Origin: Eledone cirrhosa
Taxonomy: Eukaryota
DNA length: 64,000 nt
Direction: 5' to 3'
Assembly (NCBI GenBank): GCA_964016885.1
Contig: OZ024743.1
Location: 129,580,001-129,644,000, forward strand
Shown piece after piece: positions 54,701 to 64,000 of this stretch (position 1 is its first letter; the number at the start of each line of letters is the position of its first letter). The position numbers and the translations under genes were made by a program. Below the pieces are notes generated by a model that saw nothing but the letters and a program-made list of their open reading frames with translations, was not told the origin of the DNA and searched no databases.

Positions 54701-57677
54701 ACAACACGCAGCAAGCAGCAAGCACCAAACACCAAACACCAAGCACCAAACACCAAGCACCAAGCACTAAGGACCCAACATCAAACACCAAGCACCAAGC
54801 ACCGAACACCAAGCCCCAAACACCAAGCACCAAACACCAAGCCCCAAACACCAAACACTAAGTCCCACGCACCAAGCACCAAACACCAAACAGCAAGCAC
54901 CAAGTACCAAACATCAAGCACCAAGCACGAAGCCCCTAGCAACAAACACCAAACACCAAGCACCAAGCACAAAACACCAAGCACCAAGCACCAAGCACGA
55001 AACACCAGGCACCAAGCACCAAGCACCAAACACCAAACACCAAGCACCAAACACCAGCCACCAAGCACCAAGCACCAAACACCAAACAACAAGCAGCAGG
55101 CACCAAGCACCAAACACCAAACACCAAGCACGCAGCACCAAACACCAAGCACCAAGCACCAAGCACCAAACACCAAGCACCAAGCACCAAGCACCAAATA
55201 CCAAACACCAAACACCAAGCACCAAGAACCAAACACCAAACACCAAACAGCAAGCACCAAGCACCAAACACCAAGTACCAAACACCAAACCCCAAGCACC
55301 AATCACCAAACACTAATCACCAAGCACCAAGCACCAAAGACCAAGCACCAAGCACCAAGCACCAAGCACCAAGCACCAAACACCAAGCACCAAGCACCAA
55401 ACACCAAACACCAAACACCAAGCACCAAGCACCAAACAGCAAGCACCAAACACCAAGCACCAAACACCAAGCACCAAACACCAAGCCCCACGCACCAAGC
55501 ACCAAACACCAAACACCAAGCACCAAGCACCAAACACCAAGCACCAAGCACCAAGACCCTAGCACCAAACACCAAACACCAAGCAAAAAGCACAAAACAC
55601 CAAGCACCAATCACCAAGCACCAAACACCAAGCAGCAAGCAGCAAGCACCAAACACCAAACACCAAGCACCAAGCACCAAATACTAAACACCAAGCACCA
55701 AGGACCAAACATCAAACAATCCAAGCACCAAACGCCTAACACCAAGCACCAAGCACCAAGCACCAAGCACCAGACACCAAGCACCAATCACCTAACACCA
55801 AGCACCAAGCACCAAACACCAAGCACCAAGCACCTAGCACCAAACACCAAGCAGCAAGCAGCAAGCACCAAACACCAAACACCAAGCACCAAGCACCAAA
55901 CACCAAGCACCAAGGACCAAACATCAAACAACAAGCACCAAGCTCCAAACACCTAACACCAAGCACCAAGCACCAAGCACCAAACACCAAGCACATAACA
56001 CCAAGCACCAAACACCAAGCACCAAGCACCAAACACCAAGCACCAAACACCAAGCACCAAGCACCAAACACCAAGCACCAAGCAGCAATCACCAAACACA
56101 AAGCACCAAGCACCAAGCACCAAACACCAAGCACCAAGCACCAAGCACCAGGCACCAAGCACCAAGCACCAAACACAAAACACCAAGCACCAAGCACCAA
56201 GCAACAAACACCAAGCATCAAACACCAAACACCAAACACCAAGCACCAAACACCAAGCACCAAGCACCAAACACCAAACACCAAGCACCAAGCACCAAGC
56301 ACCAAACACCAAACACCAAGCACCAAACACAAGATACCAAGCACCAAGCAACAAACACCAAACACCAAGCACCAAGCACCAAACACCAAACAACAAGCAC
56401 CAGGCACCAAGCACCAAACACCAAACACCAAGCACCAAGCACCAAACACCAAACACCAAGCACGCAGCATGAAACACCAAAAACCAAGCACCAAGCACCA
56501 AGCACCAAGCACCAAGCACCAAACACCAAGCACCAAACACAAAGCACCAAGCACCAAACACCAAGCACCAAGCACCAAACACCAAGCACCAAGCACCAAA
56601 CACCAAACCACAAGCACCAAACACCAAACCCCAAGCACCAAGCACCAAACACTAATCACAGAGCACCAAGCACCAAGCCCCTAGCACCAAACACCAAACA
56701 CCAAGCACCAAGCACAAAACACCAAGCACCAATCACCAAGCACCAAACACCAAGCAGCAAGCACCAAACACCAAAACCAAGCACCAAGCACCAAACACCA
56801 AGCACCAAACATCAAACACTAAGCACCAAGCACCAAACACCTAACACCAAGCACCAAGCACCAAGCACCAAGCACCAAACAATAAGCACCAAACACCAAG
56901 CACCAAGCAGCAAACACCAAGCACCAGGCACCAAGCACCAAACACCAAGCACCAAGCACCAAACACCAAGCACCAAGCACCAAACACCAAACTCCAAGCA
57001 CGAAACACCAAACCGCAAGCACCAAGCACCAAACACTAATCACCAAGCACCAAGCAACAAACAACAAGCACCAAGCACCAAGCACCAGGGACCAAGCACC
57101 CAGCACCAAACACAAAACACCAAGCACCAAGCACCAAGCAGCAAACACCAAGCATCAAACACCAAACACCAAACACCAAGCACCAAACACCAAGCACCAA
57201 GCACCAAACACCAAACACCAAGCACCAAGCACCAAGCACCAAACACCAAACACCAAGCACCAAACACCAGATACCAAGCACCAAGCACCAAACACCAAAC
57301 ACCAAGCACCAAGCAGCAAACACCAAACAACAAGCACCAGGCACCAAGCACGAAACACCAAACACCAAGCACCAAGCACCAAACACCAAACACCAAGCAC
57401 GCAGCATCAAACACAAAGCACCAAGCACCAAGCACCAAACACCAAGCACCAAGCACCAAGCATCAAACACCAAACACCAAGCACCAAGCACCAAGCACGA
57501 AACACCAGGCACCAAGCACCAAGCACCAAACACCAAACACCAAGCACCAAACACCAGCCACCAAGCACCAAGCACCAAACACCAAACACCAAGCACTTAG
57601 CACCAAACACCAAACAACAAGCAGCAGGCACCAAGCACCAAACACCAAACACCAAGCACGCAGCACCAAACACCAAG

Positions 57678-60600
57678 CACCAAGCACCAAGCACCAAACA
57701 CCAAGCACCAAGCACCAAGCACCAAACACCAAACACCAAACACCAAGCACCAAGAACCAAACACCAAACACCAAACAGCAAGCACCAAGCACCAAACACC
57801 AAGTACCAAACACCAAACCCCAAGCACCAATCACCAAACACTAATCACCAAGCACCAAGCACCAAAGACCAAGCACCAAGCACCAAGCACCAAGCACCAA
57901 GCACCAAACACCAAGCACCAAGCACCAAACACCAAACACCAAACACCAAGCACCAAGCACCAATCAGCAAGCACCAAACACCAAGCACCAAACACCAAGC
58001 ACCAAACACCAAGCCCCACGCACCAAGCACCAAACACCAAACACCAAGCACCAAGCACCAAACACCAAGCACCAAGCACCAAGACCCTAGCACCAAACAC
58101 CAAACACCAAGCAAAAAGCACAAAACACCAAGCACCAATCACCAAGCACCAAACACCAAGCAGCAAGCAGCAAGCACCAAACACCAAACACCAAGCACCA
58201 AGCACCAAATACTAAACAGCAAGCACCAAGGACCAAACATCAAACACCAAGCACCAAGCACCAAACGCCTAATACCAAGCACCAAGCACCAAGCACCAAG
58301 CACCAAGCACCAAGCACCAAACACCAAGCACATAACACCAAGCACCAAACACCAAGCACCAAGCACCAAGCACCAAGCACCAGGCACCAAGCACCAAGCA
58401 CCAAACACAAAACACCAAGCACCAAGCACCAAGCAACAAACACCAAGCATCAAACACCAAACACCAAACACCAAGCACCAAACACCAAGCACCAAGCACC
58501 AAACACCAAACACCAAGCACCACGCACCAAGCACCAAACACCAAACACCAAGCACCAAACACAAGATACCAAGCACCAAGCAACAAACACCAAACACCAA
58601 GCACCAAGCACCAAACACCAAACAACAAGCACCAGGCACCAAGCACCAAACACCAAACACCAAGCACCAAGCACCAAACACCAAACACCAAGCACGCAGC
58701 ATCAAACACCAAACACCAAACCACAAGCAGCAAACACCAAACCCCAAGCACCAAGCACCAAACACTAATCACCGAGCACCAAGCATCAAGCCCCTAGCAC
58801 CAAACACCAAACACCAAGCACCAAGCACAAAACACCAAGCACCAATCACCAAGCACCAAACACCAAGCAGCAAGCAGCAAGCACCAAACACCAAAACCAA
58901 GCACCAAGCACCAAACACCAAGCACCAAACATCAAACACCAAGCACCAAGCACCAAACACCTAACACCAAGCACCAAGCACCAAGCACCAAGCACCAAAC
59001 AATAAGCACCAAACACCAAGCACCAAGCAGCAAACACCAAGCACCAGGCGCCAAGCACCAAACACCAAGCACCAAGCACCAAACACCAAGCACCAAGCAC
59101 CAAACACTAATCACCAAACACCAAGCACCAAACAACAAGCACCAAGCACCAAGCACCAGGCACCAAGCACCCAGCACCAAACACAGAACACCAAGCACCA
59201 AGCACCAAGCAGCAAACACCAAGCATCAAACACCAAACACCAAACACCAAGCACCAAACACCAAGCACCAAGCACCAATCACCAAACACCAAGCACCAAG
59301 CACCAAGCACCAAACACCAAACACCAAGCACCAAACACCAGATACCAAGCACCAAGCACCAAACACCAAACACCAAGCACCAAGCAGCAAACACCAAACA
59401 ACAAGCACCAGGCACCAAGCACGAAACACCAAACACCAAGCACCAAGCACCAAACACCAAACACCAAGCACGCAGCATCAAACACAAAGCACCAAGCACC
59501 AAGCACCAAACACCAAGCACCAAGCACCAAGTACCAAACACCAACCACCAAGCACCAAACACCAAACACCAAGCACCAAGCACCAAGCACGAAACACCAG
59601 GCACCAAGCACCAAGCACCAAACACCAAACACCAAGCACCAAACACCAGCCACCAAGCACCAAGCACCAAACACCAAACACCAAGCACTTAGCACCAAAC
59701 ACCAAACAACAAGCAGCAGGCACCAAGCACCAAACACCAAACACCAAGCACGCAGCACCAAACACCAAGCACCAAGCACCAAGCACCAAACACCAAGCAC
59801 CAAGCACCAAGCACCAAACACCAAACACCAAACACCAAGCACCAAGAACCAAACACCAAACACCAAACAGCAAGCACCAAGCACCAAACACCAAGTACCA
59901 AACACCAAACCCCAAGCACCAATCACCAAACGCTAATCACCAAGCACCAAGCACCAAGCACCAAACACCAAGCACCAAGCACCAAGCACTAAACACCAAG
60001 CACCAAGCACCAAACACCAAACACCAAACACCAAGCACCAAGCACCAAACAGCAAGCACGAAACACCAAGCACCAAACACCAAGCACCAAACACCAAGCC
60101 CCACTCACCAAGCACCAAACACCAAACACCAAGCACCAAGCACCAAACACCAAGCACCAAGCACCAAGCCCCTAGCACCAAACACCAAACACCAAGCAAA
60201 AAGCACAAAGCACCAAGCACCAATCACCAAGCACCAAACACCAAGCAGCAAGCAGCAAGCACCAAACACCAAACACCAAGCACCAAGCACCAAATACCAA
60301 ACACCAAGCACCAAGGACCAAACATCAAACACCAAGCACCAAGCACCAAACGCCTAACACCAAGCACCAAGCACCAAGCACCAAGCACCAATCACCTAAC
60401 ACCAAGCACCAAGCACCAAGCACCAAGCACCAGGCACCAAGCACCAAACACCAAGCACCAAGCACCAAATACCAAGCACAAAACACAAAGCACCCAGCAC
60501 CAAACACCAAACCCCAAGCACCAAACACCAAACCTCAAGCACCAAGCACCAAACACTAATCACAAAGCACCAAGCAACAAACAACAAGCACCAATCACCA

Positions 60601-63600
60601 AGCACCAGGCACCAAGCACCAGGCACCAAACACTAATCACCAAGCACCAAGCACCAAGCACCAAACACCAAGCACCAAGCACCAAGCACCAAGCACCAAA
60701 CACAAAACACCAAGCACCAAGCAGCAAACACCAAACAACAAGCACCAGGCACCAAGCACGAAACACCAAACACCAAGCACCAAGCACCAAACACCAAACA
60801 CCAAGCACGCAGCATCAAACACAAAGCACCAAGCACCAAGCACCAAACACCAAGCACCAAGCACCAAGCGCCAAGTACCAAACACCAACCACCAAGCACC
60901 AAACACCAAACACCAAGCACCAAGCACGAAGCACGAAACACCAGGCACCAAGCACCAAGCACCAAACACCAAACACCAAGCACCAAACACCAGCCACCAA
61001 GCACCAAGCACCAAACACCAAACACCAAGCACTTAGCACCAAACACCAAACAACAAGCAGCAGGCACCAAGCACCAAACACCAAACACCAAGCACCAAGC
61101 ACCAAACACCAAGCACCAAGCACCAAGCACCAAACACCAAACACCAAACACCAAGCACCAAGAACCAAACACCAAACACCAAACAGCAAGCACCAAGCAC
61201 CAAACACCAAGTACCAAACACCAAACCCCAAGCACCAATCACCAAACACTAATCACCAAGCACCAAGCACCAAAGACCAAGCACCAAGCACCAAGCACCA
61301 AGCACCAAGCACCAAACACCAAGCACCAAGCACCAAACACCAAACACCAAACACCAAGCACCAAGCACCAATCAGCAAGCACCAAACACCAAGCACCAAA
61401 CACCAAGCACCAAACACCAAGCCCCACGCACCAAGCACCAAACACCAAACACCAAGCACCAAGCACCAAACACCAAGCACCAAGCACCAAGACCCTAGCC
61501 CCAAACACCAAACACCAAGCAAAAAGCACAAAACACCAAGCACCAATCACCAAGCACCAAACACCAAGCAGCAAGCAGCAAGCACCAAACACCAAACACC
61601 AAGCACCAAGCACCAAATACTAAACAGCAAGCACCAAGGACCAAACATCAAACACCAAGCACCAAGCACCAAACGCCTAATACCAAGCACCAAGCACCAA
61701 GCACCAAGCACCAAGCACCAAGCACCAAACACCAAGCACATAACACCAAGCACCAAACACCAAGCACCAAGCACCAAGCACCAAGCACCAGGCACCAAGC
61801 ACCAAGCACCAAACACAAAACACCAAGCACCAAGCACCAAGCAACAAACACCAAGCATCAAACACCAAACACCAAACACCAAGCACCAAACACCAAGCAC
61901 CAAGCACCAAACACCAAACACCAAGCACCACGCACCAAGCACCAAACACCAAACACCAAGCACCAAACACAAGATACCAAGCACCAAGCAACAAACACCA
62001 AACACCAAGCACCAAGCACCAAACACCAAACAACAAGCACCAGGCACCAAGCACCAAACACCAAACACCAAGCACCAAGCACCAAACACCAAACACCAAG
62101 CACGCAGCATCAAACACCAAACACCAAACCACAAGCAGCAAACACCAAACCCCAAGCACCAAGCACCAAACACTAATCACCGAGCACCAAGCATCAAGCC
62201 CCTAGCACCAAACACCAAACACCAAGCACCAAGCACAAAACACCAAGCACCAATCACCAAGCACCAAACACCAAGCAGCAAGCAGCAAGCACCAAACACC
62301 AAAACCAAGCACCAAGCACCAAACACCAAGCACCAAACATCAAACACCAAGCACCAAGCACCAAACACCTAACACCAAGCACCAAGCACCAAGCACCAAG
62401 CACCAAACAATAAGCACCAAACACCAAGCACCAAGCAGCAAACACCAAGCACCAGGCGCCAAGCACCAAACACCAAGCACCAAGCACCAAACACCAAGCA
62501 CCAAGCACCAAACACTAATCACCAAACACCAAGCACCAAACAACAAGCACCAAGCACCAAGCACCAGGCACCAAGCACCCAGCACCAAACACAGAACACC
62601 AAGCACCAAGCACCAAGCAGCAAACACCAAGCATCAAACACCAAACACCAAACACCAAGCACCAAACACCAAGCACCAAGCACCAATCACCAAACACCAA
62701 GCACCAAGCACCAAGCACCAAACACCAAACACCAAGCACCAAACACCAGATACCAAGCACCAAGCACCAAACACCAAACACCAAGCACCAAGCAGCAAAC
62801 ACCAAACAACAAGCACCAGGCACCAAGCACGAAACACCAAACACCAAGCACCAAGCACCAAACACCAAACACCAAGCACGCAGCATCAAACACAAAGCAC
62901 CAAGCACCAAGCACCAAACACCAAGCACCAAGCACCAAGTACCAAACACCAAGCACCAAGCACCAAACACCAAACACCAAGCACCAAGCACCAAGCACGA
63001 AACACCAGGCACCAAGCACCAAGCACCAAACACCAAACACCAAGCACCAAACACCAGCCACCAAGCACCAAGCACCAAACACCAAACACCAAGCACTTAG
63101 CACCAAACACCAAACAACAAGCAGCAGGCACCAAGCACCAAACACCAAACACCAAGCACGCAGCACCAAACACCAAGCACCAAGCACCAAGCACCAAACA
63201 CCAAGCACCAAGCACCAAGCACCAAACACCAAACACCAAACACCAAGCACCAAGAACCAAACACCAAACACCAAACAGCAAGCACCAAGCACCAAACACC
63301 AAGTACCAAACACCAAACCCCAAGCACCAATCACCAAACGCTAATCACCAAGCACCAAGCACCAAGCACCAAACACCAAGCACCAAGCACCAAGCACTAA
63401 ACACCAAGCACCAAGCACCAAACACCAAACACCAAACACCAAGCACCAAGCACCAAATAGCAAGCACGAAACACCAAGCACCAAACACCAAGCACCAAAC
63501 ACCAAGCCCCACTCACCAAGCACCAAACACCAAACACCAAGCACCAAGCACCAAACACCAAGCACCAAGCACCAAGCCCCTAGCACCAAACACCAAACAC

Positions 63601-64000
63601 CAAGCAAAAAGCACAAAGCACCAAGCACCAATCACCAAGCACCAAACACCAAGCAGCAAGCAGCAAGCACCAAACACCAAACACCAAGCACCAAGCACCA
63701 AATACCAAACACCAAGCACCAAGGACCAAACATCAAACACCAAGCACCAAGCACCAAACGCCTAACACCAAGCACCAAGCACCAAGCACCAAGCACCAAT
63801 CACCTAACACCAAGCACCAAGCACCAAGCACCAAGCACCAGGCACCAAGCACCAAACACCAAGCACCAAGCACCAAATACCAAGCACAAAACACAAAGCA
63901 CCCAGCACCAAACACCAAACCCCAAGCACCAAACACCAAACCTCAAGCACCAAGCACCAAACACTAATCACAAAGCACCAAGCAACAAACAACAAGCACC
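57678..64000 (+). repeat. Near-perfect tandem duplication, period 3408 bp (second copy cut by the window end)
   Basis: ORFs 57831..58208 through 60325..60531 recur at +3408 (61239..61616 through 63733..63939). Private variants CGCTAAT (about 59931/63339), CCCCACT (about 60099/63507) and CCTCAAG (about 60533/63941) are shared. Confidence 0.95.

Larger units (their letters stand above)
1..64000 (+). repeat. Heptamer satellite array, consensus (CACCAAR)n / (YTTGGTG)n, running off both window ends
   Basis: Every line parses into 7-nt units CACCAAG or CACCAAA with scattered substitution variants (CAGCAAG, CATCAAA, TACCAAA, CACTAAG, AACCAAG). The + strand is almost T-free and low in G throughout. 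No non-repeat interval and no orientation switch was seen. Confidence 0.99.

Noticed and set aside
1-64000. Hundreds of minus-strand ORFs encoding (L/F)G(A/V)WCLV repeats that look like membrane proteins
   Set aside because: They overlap in all three frames with the same peptide, start at GTG/TTG codons inherent to the repeat, and end at variant monomers (CATCAAA, CACCAAT-CA, CACTAAT). This is a direct consequence of a stop-free 7-mer.
1-64000. CRISPR-like array, with the recurring CACTAAT landmark as the repeat
   Set aside because: There are no unique spacers, the intervening DNA is the same heptamer, spacing is irregular at hundreds of bp, and no cas genes or leader are present.
1-64000. 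Similarity of minus-strand GCTTGGTG to the E. coli Chi site (GCTGGTGG) and to cyanobacterial heptamer STRR repeats
   Set aside because: It is not an exact Chi match. STRR arrays are short intergenic tracts with different consensus sequences, and nothing here indicates a bacterial context.
1-64000. G-quadruplex or i-motif forming array
   Set aside because: The consensus has only GG/CC doublets separated by 5 nt, so at most weak two-tier structures are possible. This cannot be supported from sequence alone.
1-64000. Pure sequencing artefact or synthetic low-complexity sequence
   Set aside because: Rare variants are shared hierarchically among copies with graded divergence and few random indels, as expected of an evolved satellite. 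Individual near-identical duplications could still be assembly errors.
1-64000. Transposon insertions, inverted repeats, hairpins, tRNA or rRNA
   Set aside because: None was seen. The + strand is nearly T-free throughout, which leaves no room for an inverted segment or a structured RNA gene.

Overview
The whole 64-kb window is one uninterrupted, single-orientation tandem satellite built from the 7-bp monomer CACCAAR (CACCAAG and CACCAAA interspersed; minus strand YTTGGTG), about 9,100 monomers (64000/7). I see no unique sequence, gene, RNA gene, transposon, CRISPR array or strand inversion. The ORF track is an artefact: 7 and 3 are coprime and the consensus has no stop codon on either strand, so every frame reads HQAPSTK/HQTPNTK (+) or LGAWCLV/FGVWCLV (-). 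The informative structure is layered. (1) The G/A state at monomer position 7 plus rare variant monomers (CACTAAT, TACATA, CACCAC, CACAAAG-AACGAAA, CCCCACG...ACCCTAG) act as barcodes. (2) These define a small set of old paralogous sub-kb modules. (3) The modules are shuffled into nested, near-identical higher-order duplications with local periods of about 1.36, 2.03, 3.21, 3.35, 3.41, 3.80, 5.3-5.5 and 10.4 kb. The array is most consistent with eukaryotic heterochromatic (centromeric, pericentromeric or subtelomeric) satellite. The organism and chromosomal role cannot be determined from the sequence. Boundaries and counts were read by eye and from ORF-track offsets, so they are approximate.
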